From NCBI GenBank assembly GCA_965218095.1, contig OZ244587.1, positions 3,424,001-3,488,000 on the forward strand: DNA of 64,000 nt. Direction: 5' to 3'. Below the pieces are notes generated by a model. The model ran no database searches. It was not told where the DNA came from and saw nothing but the letters and a program-made list of their open reading frames with translations. The DNA comes from Candidatus Poribacteria bacterium. Its GTDB lineage: Bacteria; Poribacteria; WGA-4E; PCPOR2b. Positions 21,128 through 32,545 of this stretch are shown piece by piece; position 1 is the first letter of the stretch; the number at the start of each line of letters is the position of its first letter. The translations under genes were made by a program, and so were the position numbers.

Positions 21128-21930
21128 GGCGAATACGGATGTTCAAAATGGCACTGACAACCGCACAGAAAGACTTCTTTGATCACAACGGTTACGTGGT
21201 GATACGACAACTATTTTCTGACGAAGCGATTCAGCTGCTTCGTCAGCGGGCGGACGAGATTGCGACGGGAAAGGCGCCCCATGTGCCGGACGACTGTGTA
21301 CAGGTCGAGCCGAAGATTCAGCACGGTGAGGTCACGGTTGAGGACAGGGTGCTTTCTATCCGAAAACTGTATAAACTGCATTGGGTTGATGATGTGATGC
21401 AGGCCCATGCCACTCATCCGAAGATCGTGGACATTATCGAAGATCTGTTTGATTGGCCTAATATCAAGGTCTACAACGACCAGCTCTTTATGAAGGCGCC
21501 GCAGCACGGCTCCCGTCAGGGGTATCATCAAGACTCCCAGTCATGGAAGCAATGGATTTTTCCCCATGACCTGATCAGTTGCTGGGCGGCGCTGGACGAC
21601 GCGACGATCGAAAACGGGTGTCTGTGGATGATCCCCGGTAGCCACAAATCGGGACTTCTTGACAGAGAACGGTTGCGGGAAATTGAACAGATGGCGCAGG
21701 AAGAAAAGCTCGGTGAAGCCGGGCTCCGGGAAGATCCGGTAGAGTTGAAAGCTGGCGACTGTTCCTTCCATCACAGTCTGATCCTCCATTGCAGCCATGC
21801 CAATCGATCTTCCCGTCGCCGACGGGGGTATGCGACGCACTACATGCGGTCGGAATCCCAGTATGTCGGCACAGACAAAAAACCGAAATATATTCTCGTG
21901 CGAGGGCGAGAATTTGCCGGGTGCGTTTAA
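21124..21930 (+). CDS. Phytanoyl-CoA dioxygenase (PhyH) family protein
   Basis: HQD, NGCL..IPGSH, H.S..N.S..RR. Confidence 0.92.
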   Translation: MRRIRMFKMALTTAQKDFFDHNGYVVIRQLFSDEAIQLLRQRADEIATGKAPHVPDDCVQVEPKIQHGEVTVEDRVLSIRKLYKLHWVDDVMQAHATHPKIVDIIEDLFDWPNIKVYNDQLFMKAPQHGSRQGYHQDSQSWKQWIFPHDLISCWAALDDATIENGCLWMIPGSHKSGLLDRERLREIEQMAQEEKLGEAGLREDPVELKAGDCSFHHSLILHCSHANRSSRRRRGYATHYMRSESQYVGTDKKPKYILVRGREFAGCV

Positions 21931-21959
21931 CGACTATTTTTACAGTGAAAAGAAACCTT

Positions 21960-22976
21960 ATGAGCGAAATCGGAAGCAGACTGGTATTTGTCGGGACGAA
22001 CAGCGTGGAGGTTGAAACCTTTGATGTCCCTGATCCGGGGCCGGGGCAGATCCTGGTGCGTGTCCATCGCAGTCAAGTCAGTGCGGGAAGTGAGAAGAAC
22101 GCCCTACTTGGGGCTTCAAGTTCAGACGCCCGCCGTCCTACGGGCTATACAACGGTCGGTGAAGTACTTGCCGTCGGATCGGGGCGGGAAGATTTTGACC
22201 CCGACGACAGGGTTCTCGCTTTCGGAAACCATGGATCCCATTGGCTGGTTGATCCGGCTGCGGACACCGAAGCAGGTTCGCCAATTCAACGCGTTGAATA
22301 CGACATCACTGATGAGCAAGCAGCCTTTGCGGTTCTTGGTGACGTGTCCCTCCATGGCGTTCGGCGTGCCCAGCTTCAGATTGATGAATCCGTCACCATT
22401 TTTGGGGGTGGCGTGGTCGGACAACTGGTAACGGCTTTCTGTCGTCTTTCTGGGGCTTACCCGATCATCGCTATCGATTTAGACGCCGAGCGCCTGAGCC
22501 TGGCGAAGAAGAGTGGGGCAACACACACCGTGCATGCGTCAAATGTTGATCCGGTTGAAACCGTCCGTGAAATCACCGGCGATGGTGCGCAGTGCGTTTT
22601 CCACGCAACCCGTGACCCAAAGGTTCTCGTCCCTTGCATGAAGGCGGCCTCAAACCGGGGAAAAGTGGTTCTGGTCGGAAGCCCGCCGGGGACTGTAGAA
22701 ATCGGGCTTCAGGTCGAACTGCTCCGTCGGGAACTGGATATCCGAGGCGTCTACGAGCGGGGGCTGGAAAATAATCCGCATCCGTATTGGCCATGGACAC
22801 GCCAACGCAATCGAAAGGCGGTCATGCGGTTAATCGCTAACGGAGACCTTCAGGTAGACCATCTCATCAGCCATGTGGCCAAACCTGAAGAAGCAAATGA
22901 GATCTTTCAAAAAATCCTGGATGGTCCTGAAGGCTGGATGAGCGTGTTCTTTGATTGGACCCACAAACAGCCGTAG
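21960..22976 (+). CDS. Zinc-binding alcohol dehydrogenase (MDR) family protein
   Basis: SAGSE, GY..VG.V, GGGVVG Rossmann motif. Confidence 0.88.
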   Translation: MSEIGSRLVFVGTNSVEVETFDVPDPGPGQILVRVHRSQVSAGSEKNALLGASSSDARRPTGYTTVGEVLAVGSGREDFDPDDRVLAFGNHGSHWLVDPAADTEAGSPIQRVEYDITDEQAAFAVLGDVSLHGVRRAQLQIDESVTIFGGGVVGQLVTAFCRLSGAYPIIAIDLDAERLSLAKKSGATHTVHASNVDPVETVREITGDGAQCVFHATRDPKVLVPCMKAASNRGKVVLVGSPPGTVEIGLQVELLRRELDIRGVYERGLENNPHPYWPWTRQRNRKAVMRLIANGDLQVDHLISHVAKPEEANEIFQKILDGPEGWMSVFFDWTHKQP

Positions 22977-23034
22977 GCGTACGATTCTTCTGTTACGGAA
23001 TGACATCTTTCACTTCGCGTCAGAGGGGAAAACA

Positions 23035-24252
23035 ATGAACGACAAAAGACATTATCGCCATCGCGCATTGACCATCTGCACACTTGGGGGTACAGGACAC
23101 GGCAAAACAACGCTGACCACAGCGATGATAAAGGTAGTTTCACGAATTGGCTCAACACAAATGAGTGCGGAGGGATTTGAAATGCAGGAGCCGACGCACC
23201 ATTCGATAGGGACGCAGGTTTACATTAGTCATAGAGCGGTCGATTATGAGACAAGTGGCAGACACTACATGCATATTGACAACCTGAGTCATGCAGACAA
23301 TGTTAAGATGTTAGTCAGTGGTGCGCTGCCGATTCGTGGGGCGATTTGGGTGGTCAATGCGGTTGATGGTGTAACGGAGGAAGCCGAAGCCCAGATCCGT
23401 CTTGCGAGTCAAGTCCGTGTGCCTGCGATTGTCACGTTCCTGAACAAGAGCGAGAAAGCCAAAGATCTAGAATTAATCGAGATCTGCGAGATGGAGATTC
23501 GTGAGATGCTCACGAATTGCGGTTACGCAGATGAGGAATCGCCTATTATCATTGGCGATGCTGCGAAGGCACTCAGCTATAAAGGGCAGAACCTTAATTC
23601 AGATCACTGGAAACCGATCGTCGATCTCATCTTTGCGATGAATCGATGCATACCTCAGCCGCTCAACCCATTAGATCTACCGCTGCTAATGCCCATCCGC
23701 AAGGTCATCAACGACCCTAAAGGCGCCTCATCGTTGTACGGTGAGTTGCTTCAAGGAAGACTCGCAGTTGGCAACCCGGTTGATGTTGTCGGTAAAGGAG
23801 ATCGAATCAAGACCCGCTGCGTCGAGTTGCGACATGGCGACGTTTCTTCCCCGGCTGGCGAGAAAGATAACGGAGATAGCGAAAGTGGAGAACATGAAAT
23901 TAAAGTTGATGCAGAGCCAGGATGGATCACGCCAGGGCAGGTCGTTTCGGAGCCAAAGCGCATCAAGTCACACGCCGACTTTGAAGCTGCAGTTTACGTC
24001 ATGACGCAGGAGGAGTGCGGGACGCATATTCCCCTCGTTGGGAACGATAAGCCGGAGATTCACCTCTGGACAATCGACGTTACCGGCCATCTACACCTGC
24101 CATCAGAGGTTGCCATTATCAATCCAGGTGAACACGCAACAATACGAATCTCACTCGATACACCGATGGCGATGGAGGTCGGCACACAGTTTGAGATCAA
24201 GAAGATGGGGATAAAGATTGGGATGGGGGTCGTGACGGAGATCGTGGCGTAG
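23035..24252 (+). CDS. Divergent elongation factor Tu paralog
   Basis: Collinear with EF-Tu over three domains (HGKTTLT, YET..RHY.HID..HAD.VK, FLNK, H..FEA.VYV, G.GVVTEI) but with altered GTPase motifs. Confidence 0.85.
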   Translation: MNDKRHYRHRALTICTLGGTGHGKTTLTTAMIKVVSRIGSTQMSAEGFEMQEPTHHSIGTQVYISHRAVDYETSGRHYMHIDNLSHADNVKMLVSGALPIRGAIWVVNAVDGVTEEAEAQIRLASQVRVPAIVTFLNKSEKAKDLELIEICEMEIREMLTNCGYADEESPIIIGDAAKALSYKGQNLNSDHWKPIVDLIFAMNRCIPQPLNPLDLPLLMPIRKVINDPKGASSLYGELLQGRLAVGNPVDVVGKGDRIKTRCVELRHGDVSSPAGEKDNGDSESGEHEIKVDAEPGWITPGQVVSEPKRIKSHADFEAAVYVMTQEECGTHIPLVGNDKPEIHLWTIDVTGHLHLPSEVAIINPGEHATIRISLDTPMAMEVGTQFEIKKMGIKIGMGVVTEIVA

Positions 24253-24418
24253 CATCAATCTGTTGGAATAGAAACTGAGGTATTATTTCACAAAACGTGC
24301 TTGAAGACAAGAAAAAATGCTCTGCCACGAAAACCGTGGATTTGCCAATCCACACCGAGCGGTGTGTGTCGATCATCATGTTGACTAAAACCTGCGCCAT
24401 TTACTAGCGTGAAAAGTT

Positions 24419-24505
24419 TCAACCGGTTCTATGCGAAAAATAAAGGCCTATTGCCAACCCTTCATCGCGGAATGCGTTTATTACTTCGTCGGTAATGTCT
24501 GCATG
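24419..24505 (-). pseudogene. Alpha-L-fucosidase (GH29)-like remnant
   Basis: DITDEVINAFRDEGLAIGLYFS motif only. Confidence 0.5.
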
Positions 24506-24575
24506 TGGATTGCTGTGAATGTGGATTGCTGTGAAAAGGACACTCTGGACTCGTGATTTTATAATCTGACAGTAT

Positions 24576-27016
24576 TCAATTCCGCAACGGTTTCCCCGTC
24601 TTGAGGGTATGCTCAATCCGCTGCTGCGTTTTTTCCTCACCGCATAAACTCAGAAGCGCTTCCCGCTCAAGGTCGAGAATGTACTGCTCGGACACAAACT
24701 GCGCTGCGGAAAGTTCACCGCCGGAAAGGACATACGCCAACTGATTGGCGATCTTCACGTCGTAGTCGCTGACATTCTCCGCACGATGCCTGAGATGAAC
24801 CTCCAGCTTGAGCCACGCGATTCCTGATTCGCCCTGCACAAAAACCTTCCTCGGCTGCGGTTGCTGATACCCGTTTGCTGCCATCGCCTGTACTCTCTGT
24901 TTGGCATCGTAGAGGTGATGCGCCCGATTGATCGAAATCCCGTCCGTATCATGGAGATAGCCGAGCGTTTTCGCATGTGCGCCACTCTCAGACACTTTGC
25001 AGTAGGCGATTGTTTCAAAAGCGTGCTTGAGGTACGGAAATGCATCCGTGCTAGCATCCAACGGCATAGCTTCCAAGCAGCGGATGGCGATCTCCTTTGT
25101 GCCACCGCCGGCGGGGATGAGGCCCACACGGACTTCGACGAGCCCCATGTAGGTTTCAGCCGCAGAATAGACCCCATCTGCACTAAGCGCAATCTCACAG
25201 CCACCCCCGAAGGTCATACCCGCGGGGGCAGCAACGACCGGTTTCGGGGAAAGCCTAAGCCGCATGTTTGCGCTTTGGAAGGCACGGACCATCGCGTCGA
25301 TGGCGTCCCAGTCTTTGTTTTGCGCCCGTTTAAGCATCAGAGCGAGATTGGCACCGACCGAAAAGTTGTCGGCGTGATTCCCGATGACGAGTCCCGCAAA
25401 ATTCCGATCCACCTCATCAAGGGCTTCGACTATCATCTCGATGATTGGGTGATCTATCGCGTTCATCTTGGTATGAAACTCAAGGCATGCCACGCTATCT
25501 CCGATATCAACGAGACTCGCGTCCGAATTTGATTTCACGACCTTTCCGTTTGCCTTGAGATCGGAGAGGTTGATAACCTCCGGGCGGCTTTCGATCTCAC
25601 GATAGTTGTTCGCGCCGAGATCGAAATAGGCTTTGACTTTGGAGTGCGAAAACTCTGTTTTCGCGTAGAATGAATTATGCCCTGCCTCCAGCAGATTGGC
25701 GACGAGCGGCGGGATGGGGTGTCCTTCAGATTTTATTGGTTCAACGGATTCCGGCACACCGATCGCATCCCACGTTTCAAAAATCCCAAGTTCCCAGTTG
25801 AACCCCCACTTCATCACGTTGTCAATACTAACCAGATCGTCGGAGATCTCGGAGATACGCGCCGCCGCATAAATCATGGTGTTGCTGAGGCACCTCCACG
25901 CAAACTGTCCCGCGCGGTCTTCACTGTAAACGAGTTGCTTAATCCGTTCCCCTGCGTCAGCAACCCGTTTGACCGTATTGAGCGAATCAAACTGGACTTT
26001 GGAACGTGGCACGTATTCAAGTGTGTTATAGTCGAGTGTCCAGATCTCGCTGCCCGCTTCCCCGCGACGTTTTGATAGAAGCCCTGACCCTTTTTATCAC
26101 CGAGCCAGCCCTTTTCAATCATTTGTGAAATGAAATTGGGAATGCGAAAGATCTCACGTCGCTCATCATCGGGGACAGATTCGTAGAGGTTGTTCACCAC
26201 ATCGACGAGAATATCAATCCCAATAAGGTCGCCTAAGCGAAAGGTCGCGCTTAGGGGGCGTCCCATCGGCGGACCCGTAATTGCATCGACCTCATCGATC
26301 GTGTATCCTTCTTCGAGCATCAGGTGGGTGGCGTACATAATCGTGAAGGCGCCGACCCGGTTGGCGATGAAGTTCGGCGTATCTTTACAGCGGACGATTC
26401 CTTTGCCGAGAACTCGCTCCGCGAAATCGGAGATGAATTCGACCAGATCTTGGCGGGTTTTATCTGTCGGAATGATTTCGATCAGGTGCATGTAACGCGG
26501 TGGATTGAAGAAATGCGTTCCCAAAAAGCATTCTTTGTAATCCTCCGAGAGGTTTTCAGCGATGGCGCAGATCGAGATTCCCGATGTATTGGTGCTGACA
26601 AGTGTACCGTGAATGCGATGCTGATCAATCAGCGCGTGAACCCCCTTCTTGACATCAAGGTCTTCGACTACCGCCTCAATGATCCAGTCCGCCTCCACCA
26701 GCCAGTCAGCGCGATCACTCAAATTCCCCACCCGAATCAACTGTGCGGTGTCGGGGGCGTAAAACGGAGATCGGGTTTTCGCGCTTTTCATCCAATCTAG
26801 CGCGGCTTGCGAAATCCGATTCCGCACGGCGAGGCTATCAAGCGTTAGGTTATTGGCGCGTTCTTCAGCTGTGAGTTCGGTGGGGGAAATATCCAGCAGG
26901 TCGCACGGAATCCCGACGTTGGCGATATGGGCGGCAATCTGCGAACCCATCGTTCCGGCGCCAATCACAGTGACTTTCCTTATTTTTCGGTATTTCTTAT
27001 GTTTCAAACGAATCAC
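24576..27016 (-). pseudogene. fadN: 3-hydroxyacyl-CoA dehydrogenase/enoyl-CoA hydratase (FadN-like), split by a 1-bp frameshift near 26070
   Basis: GAGTMG, HFFNPPRYM, FIANR in upstream frame; GGGCE, VGLIPAGGG, TGKPLRN in downstream frame. Confidence 0.85.
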
Positions 27017-27034
27017 CCTTTCCGTTAAAGCAAC

Positions 27035-27059
27035 AAAAAAGCCCGGTGAGTGCCGGGCG
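27035..27059 (-). terminator. Intrinsic terminator of the AAA remnant
   Basis: GCCCGG-cactca-CCGGGC followed by TTTTTT on minus strand. Confidence 0.65.
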
Positions 27060-27091
27060 AAATTTGGAAACGTTGTACTTTCGCAATATGC

Positions 27092-27345
27092 TACATCCCC
27101 CAAACCATCATCGTTTTTCCGCGATAGCTTTCTGCCCGACGGAAAATCTTCTCCTCCCACGCTTTGGCCACGTCTCGGTCAAAGATTACCAGATGCCCCT
27201 CTTCGGTACGGTACGGATCAACCCGAGATCTCGCACATACTGGATGTCGTCTGTGGGAATGAGATTCGGATTGCCCGTTCCCGCTAACATCAGTTCAATT
27301 ACTCACTGGACGCGAGTTTCGGACAGCTTATCCACCAACTGGTCA
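27092..27345 (-). pseudogene. Remnant of an AAA-ATPase family gene (C-terminal pieces)
   Basis: DKLSETRVQ*VIELMLAG...DDIQYVRDLGLI and WEEKIFRR...VWGM* in different frames. Confidence 0.6.
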
Positions 27346-27682
27346 ATGGTGGAAGGCAATAGTGTTTTTCAGGCCGAACAGGACCTGCGGTATTAAAAAA
27401 ACGCATCTCAAACCTTCTCTCGTCTCAATAGCCGAAGGAAAAACTAGCGATAGATAGAATACAACAGCTTTTAACAGATGTCAAGCAGACAAAAAGGGTG
27501 TTTTTCGGTGGATTTTTGTATTGGTCAGGAAGATGGTAGACATTATCTCCTACAATTTGCGGCTTGGATTTGGCGAGCAAAAGTGTCGATCATCCTATTG
27601 ACCATTACATTTTCGGTGAATTTTCCAAAAACTGTTTCCGCTACTTGCCCATTTGGCTCGAGCCAAGACTGTTTCGTTTCTG

Positions 27683-29236
27683 TCATTCTTCCGGCTTGCA
27701 ATTCCCTGATTTTCTCATTTCCTCATCCTCCTGTCTGCTGAATTGCGTGAGTACATCCCCGATTTTATCTTGCAGCGCACGACGTGGATTGGAAGCGCTG
27801 ACATAATGACTCATTAAAATGGAGAAAGCCAGTATTTCACCATCCGCTGTTGGGGTATAGCCGGCGAGCGCCGTGACGCCTCTCAACGTCCCCGTTTTGG
27901 CGCGTAAAACCCCTTCTGAAGCCATGCCTTTCATCCGCCGTTTTAGCGTCCCATCAACGCCGCCGATCGGCAGGGAGGCAAGATATTCAGGCATCACCTC
28001 AAAGTTACGGAACATATAGAGGAGTAAATCCGTCAGCATAGAAGCTGTTACTAAATTATAGCGGGAAACCCCCGACCCATCAGCAAAGGTATAACGCCCC
28101 GTATCCATCCCAATTTCGTTTAGAAATTCGCTGATCACTTTTAGCCCTTTTTCCGCCGTACCAGGAGTTCCTTTTATTTCTGCGCCAATTGTTTTTAAGA
28201 GGAGTTCGGCGATCAAGTTATCACTTGGTTTGTTCATTTCCCAGAGAATGCGAGATAGCGGCGGCGATATGTGATTTGCGATCTCTGTTAAACCTTCAGG
28301 AACTTCACCATAACGCACATTTCCTTGAAGTGCAACGCCTCTCTGTGCAAGCATCTCTTTTAGCAAAGTCCCACAGTAGAGCGCCGGGTCAACCACATCC
28401 ATACGTCGGATCTTCTCAACACTACCCATTGCCATCGATCCACAAATTGTCAAAACGTTTGCCGCAACGGGTTCCCCCTGTCGTTTGATATTCAGGCGTG
28501 CTTTTTCTGAGGGAGCAACTGTTATTGCTTCATTGATCACTTCCATATATCGCGTTGGTGGTTGAAGATGGGTGTGAACCGAATCGCCGACTTTACTGCC
28601 GGGTGATATGCGCACAAGCACACCGTTATGATTAATCGTCAGCGCACTCAAATGTGAGTAATATCCACCAAGAGGCCCATCGTCCCACATCCAACCTTTG
28701 CCCTTTCTGACGTCGTCAAAATAGGTTTCGTCTACGACAATATCGCCCTGTATATCTTTAACACCCGTTTCCACCAATTTTTCAGTCATCTTCTCCAAAT
28801 CATCATTGGTAAACACCGGATCGCCGCTGCCTTTGAGATACATATTGCCCAGAATGTGACTATCTTCAAGACTATCAACATAAAGCGTAGTATGGAAACG
28901 ATAGTTTGGTTTCAGTTTTACAAGCGCGGTTGCGGCGGTAATCAGTTTCATTGTTGATGCAGGGTGATACAATTTATCGGCGTCTTTCTCATAGAGCACC
29001 TCTCCCGTCGCAAGCGAAATGACTTTCATCCCAACATTCGAGGGAACAAGAAGCGGATCGCGCAGAATGGTTTCAATTTCACCCTGCAATCGCTGGACGG
29101 GTTTCGATGGGTGTTCGGCTTCGGGCACAGGAACTTCGATTGTTGAAGTTGTCCCACAACTGTATAATACAGCACCACAAAACAGTAAGAATAACCAGCG
29201 ACAAGAAGAAAGCTGATCGCGGATATGTTTAATCAT
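27683..29236 (-). CDS. dacB: D-alanyl-D-alanine carboxypeptidase/endopeptidase (PBP4, peptidase S13)
   Basis: PASTMK, GSGDP, SDN, DGSGVSR, KTGT; lipoprotein-like signal; ORF extension beyond 29236 runs into the IS. Confidence 0.93.
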   Translation of the reverse strand: MIKHIRDQLSSCRWLFLLFCGAVLYSCGTTSTIEVPVPEAEHPSKPVQRLQGEIETILRDPLLVPSNVGMKVISLATGEVLYEKDADKLYHPASTMKLITAATALVKLKPNYRFHTTLYVDSLEDSHILGNMYLKGSGDPVFTNDDLEKMTEKLVETGVKDIQGDIVVDETYFDDVRKGKGWMWDDGPLGGYYSHLSALTINHNGVLVRISPGSKVGDSVHTHLQPPTRYMEVINEAITVAPSEKARLNIKRQGEPVAANVLTICGSMAMGSVEKIRRMDVVDPALYCGTLLKEMLAQRGVALQGNVRYGEVPEGLTEIANHISPPLSRILWEMNKPSDNLIAELLLKTIGAEIKGTPGTAEKGLKVISEFLNEIGMDTGRYTFADGSGVSRYNLVTASMLTDLLLYMFRNFEVMPEYLASLPIGGVDGTLKRRMKGMASEGVLRAKTGTLRGVTALAGYTPTADGEILAFSILMSHYVSASNPRRALQDKIGDVLTQFSRQEDEEMRKSGNCKPEE

Positions 29237-29289
29237 AGAGAAATTGATCTTAACCCTCGAATTTTTGCCCTGACAATACCATATTATCT

Positions 29290-30398
29290 GAGGGGTGTGC
29301 ATAAATATAGTTGACATAATCAAGCCAAAAGGGTTTCCTATTGTTATCATAGCAAAAGGAGCCCCAATATGGTACAAAGACCAATGTTGGCTGATTATGT
29401 CACTCTTATTATGCAACTCTTTGAGCAGTTTATGCAACACCGTATTGACAAACCAGGTGTCACACACGCAAAACCATTGACATATTCAACCACCTCGTTT
29501 ATCATTTTCTTCATGTTGATGCAGTTTCACGGCATCTATGGCTTCAAAACGCAATGGCGGTGGCTAATCAATCACCCAGAAGTGTTACAAATGCTGGGGT
29601 GGCAACAGCCCCCTCATCGAACCACGATTGCACGTCGCTATAAGGCATTATATGAAGTGATAGAGGCATTTGTATTGTTTATCGGTCAGTATGCCACTGA
29701 CTTGTCCCAACAATTCAACTTGGCTCATCTGGTAGCCGACAAAAGTTTATTTAAGGCACGAGGACCCGTCTGGCATCAAACTGACCGCAAAGCAGGAAAA
29801 GTACCTAAACATCTACGCAACCTCGACACCGATGCCACGTGGAGCAAGAGTGGTTATCATGGCTGGGTCTATGGCTACGGACTTCACATTATCTGCACAC
29901 AAGGTGCGTTCCCAACACTGATAACTGTGCACCGTGCGTCGGTCTCCGAAAGTTGGGCGATAGATGCTAAAGCGTCTGAGATTCTGACACAACTTTCACC
30001 GCAGACACTCACTGCCGATGATGCCTATACCCAAGCAGACCGTATCCGTCGTTGGGCGAAGGCACAAGTCGCTTTGATTACCCCGGCACTTAGATGGACA
30101 AAGGGACGGTTTGCCAAGGCGTATCATCGATTTATCAACCAACCCAAGCAGCGTCTCTGTTTAAGCAAACGTCGCAGTTCGGTTGAACCGTTGTTTGACT
30201 TGATTGCTAAAGTGATAGGCACCACTCCTCAACAGAAGCAGTTACCGGTCAAGGGGTTTTTCAATGTACGCTGTTGTTTAGCTATCGGGGTGTTATCAGT
30301 GCAAGTGGCTATGATTGCCAATGCCATATGGAAGTTACCTGCTCGCAATATCTCTCATATGGCGGCTGTTTTCCAATGAACTACTATGCACACCCCTC
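29290..30398 (+). mobile_element. Insertion sequence (DDE; IS982/IS4-like), 1109 bp
   Basis: 14-bp perfect TIR GAGGGGTGTGCATA; direct repeat ATATTATCT on both sides. Confidence 0.92.
29369..30379 (+). CDS. DDE transposase
   Basis: VADKS, DTDATW, GYGLH, ADDAY, R..VE motifs. Confidence 0.9.
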   Translation: MVQRPMLADYVTLIMQLFEQFMQHRIDKPGVTHAKPLTYSTTSFIIFFMLMQFHGIYGFKTQWRWLINHPEVLQMLGWQQPPHRTTIARRYKALYEVIEAFVLFIGQYATDLSQQFNLAHLVADKSLFKARGPVWHQTDRKAGKVPKHLRNLDTDATWSKSGYHGWVYGYGLHIICTQGAFPTLITVHRASVSESWAIDAKASEILTQLSPQTLTADDAYTQADRIRRWAKAQVALITPALRWTKGRFAKAYHRFINQPKQRLCLSKRRSSVEPLFDLIAKVIGTTPQQKQLPVKGFFNVRCCLAIGVLSVQVAMIANAIWKLPARNISHMAAVFQ

Positions 30399-30409
30399 AT
30401 ATTATCTTA

Positions 30410-30418
30410 ATTATACCA
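30410..30418 (-). promoter_or_regulatory. Extended -10 promoter TGGTATAAT, probably the original dacB promoter
   Basis: Consensus TGnTATAAT immediately beyond the IS, pointing towards dacB. Confidence 0.55.
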
Positions 30419-30813
30419 AGATACTAAAATAAGACTATTAGGAGGAAGACAATGACTAACGCGAAAACACAATCAACCTCAAAAGAGAGTGGATTGCTGT
30501 TTCCTGTATCTGATTTCACCAACCCAACCGATCTGGTAGTCAAGCTACGGGCTCCCGGAGACCCGCTATCCCAACTCGCAAAGAATAAATCGTTGTTATG
30601 ACTGGATCTTTGGTCTCAAACTAGCACCATTAGTTATTATCCTCCACGCCTTTGAAGGCGTTTACACTTTTGAACTGAAATCCCTGCAACGCATCGCTGC
30701 CCTGAAGGAAGTTTATGATATGGACTATGACATTCATGCGAGCGATCGGTTCATTGAGGAGACATCACAAACCAAGTGAAAATTTTAGATTGTCACTTGA
30801 TAATCCGACGGTG

Positions 30814-32007
30814 CTAAACCACCCCATTCCGTCGCAATTCCGCAATCGCACTGCCATCCAGCGAAAGTGCATTGGTGAGAATCTTATCGGTGTGCTCCCC
30901 CAGCAGCGGCGGCGGCAGACGCATTTTCGCCGGCGTTTTTGAAAGATTGAGCGGTGTACCAGCCAGCCGCACAGTTTCCGCTGTCGGGTGCGGCATCTCC
31001 ACCAGCATACCTCGCGCCAGCGCCTGTGAGTCAGCGAAAACCTTATCGAGGGTATTGACTGGTCCTGCGGGGACATCGGCATCGGCGCAGAGTTGCAGCC
31101 ATTGGGCGATGGTCTTCTGGTGGAACAAATCTTCCAACATCGGGATTAACACCGCGCGGTGGGCGACGCGCTGCGGATTGGTCGAAAACCGTTTGTCCTT
31201 TGCCCATGCGTTCACCCCCGCCGCCCCACAGAAACGCCTCCACTGCCCATCGTTGCCGATGGCTAAGATTAGGTAATCGTCCGCCGCCTCAAACGCCTGA
31301 TATGGGACAATGCTGGAATGCGCGTTGCCCCAACGTTTTGGCGCCTCGTCCGAGCAGAGGTAATTGCTGCCGACGTTCGCTAGCAGCGCAATCTGCGAAT
31401 CGAGCAGCGCCATGTCAAGGTGCTGTCCCTCACCGGTACGCTCGCGGGCGAACAGCGCGGCGAGGATGGCGTTGCACGCAAACAGCGCCGTGGCGACATC
31501 CACGATGGCGACCCCAACTTTCAAGGGCGGACCGTCGCACTCACCGGTGATAGACATGAAGCCTCCTCGCCCCTGGATGAGGAAGTCGTAGCCGGGCAAC
31601 TCACGGTCGGGACCGGTGTGTCCAAAGCCGCTGATGGAGCAGTAGATCAAGCGCGGGTTGATCACTTTCAGTTCTGCGTAACCCAAACCCATTTCATCCA
31701 AGCCGCCGATACGAAAATTCTCGATCAACACATCACTACGCTCCACGAGTTTCCGTGCGATGCCGATGCCCCGCTCATGCTTGAGGTTAAGCGTGAGACT
31801 TTTCTTGTTGCGGTTGCAGCAGAGGTAATACGCCGACTCGCCGCCGACAAACGGTGGGCCCCAGTGGCGGGTTTCATCGCCGACGCCAGGGCGTTCAACT
31901 TTGATGACCTCCGCGCCTAAATCGCCCAGCATCATCGCACAGTAAGGTCCCGCCAAGTGCCGTGACAAGTCCAGTACCCGTATACTGTCCAATGTACCAA
32001 CGATCAT
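30814..32007 (-). CDS. CaiB/BaiF family III CoA-transferase
   Basis: LDLSRHLAGP, GAEVIKVE, NRNKKS, ENFR, PPLLGEHT. Confidence 0.95.
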   Translation of the reverse strand: MIVGTLDSIRVLDLSRHLAGPYCAMMLGDLGAEVIKVERPGVGDETRHWGPPFVGGESAYYLCCNRNKKSLTLNLKHERGIGIARKLVERSDVLIENFRIGGLDEMGLGYAELKVINPRLIYCSISGFGHTGPDRELPGYDFLIQGRGGFMSITGECDGPPLKVGVAIVDVATALFACNAILAALFARERTGEGQHLDMALLDSQIALLANVGSNYLCSDEAPKRWGNAHSSIVPYQAFEAADDYLILAIGNDGQWRRFCGAAGVNAWAKDKRFSTNPQRVAHRAVLIPMLEDLFHQKTIAQWLQLCADADVPAGPVNTLDKVFADSQALARGMLVEMPHPTAETVRLAGTPLNLSKTPAKMRLPPPLLGEHTDKILTNALSLDGSAIAELRRNGVV

Positions 32008-32364
32008 GATGTCCCCTCCTTGATCCGAACTTTCCCTCCGTAAAGGTATTTGTCCAAGTTCACTGATAAATCCGCTGGTGCTTCGGAACTATACCCTTCC
32101 ATCTGATAAACCGGGTCTTGTGTCATATCAAACGATTCTCCCAACTCAGGCAAAAGTTGCCGAATCCATTCTTCTGGAGTCCGTCGATTTAACAATTCTT
32201 CCACCGAAATCACTTGCTTGCTGGTGCCATGGTAATTCAACTCCTTTCTGATCACGGACAGAAAACACACGAACGCAGCTTTTTTCTCGTACTGCAATGC
32301 GTGTTTGCCCATCCGCGACGAACGTTCGTTTGATTGTATGGTAGAACTTATAGCGAGTAAAACG

Positions 32365-32545
32365 TTTTAGAAGTCGAAAAGTTCAGAGACCGCGATCTTT
32401 AGCCCAGGAATTGTCGGTGATGCGTCCAATGTATCTCCATGAACATAGGTTTCACACGCCTGATCTGCAAGCGGGACATTCGGCGTCCAACTTTTATAAA
32501 CCTTCACATTGATAGGCATTAAGTTCGATCGGTGGGGCAATATCC
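32365..32545 (-). pseudogene. Uma2-family endonuclease C-terminal remnant
   Basis: ...GDTLDASPTIPGLKIAVSELF* ending, broken upstream. Confidence 0.45.

Noticed and set aside
27035-27180. Riboswitch or attenuator upstream of fadN
   Set aside because: The upstream sequence translates as the end of an AAA-family gene, so the hairpin is its terminator
29237-29467. N-terminal extension of DacB
   Set aside because: Mostly antisense read-through into the IS
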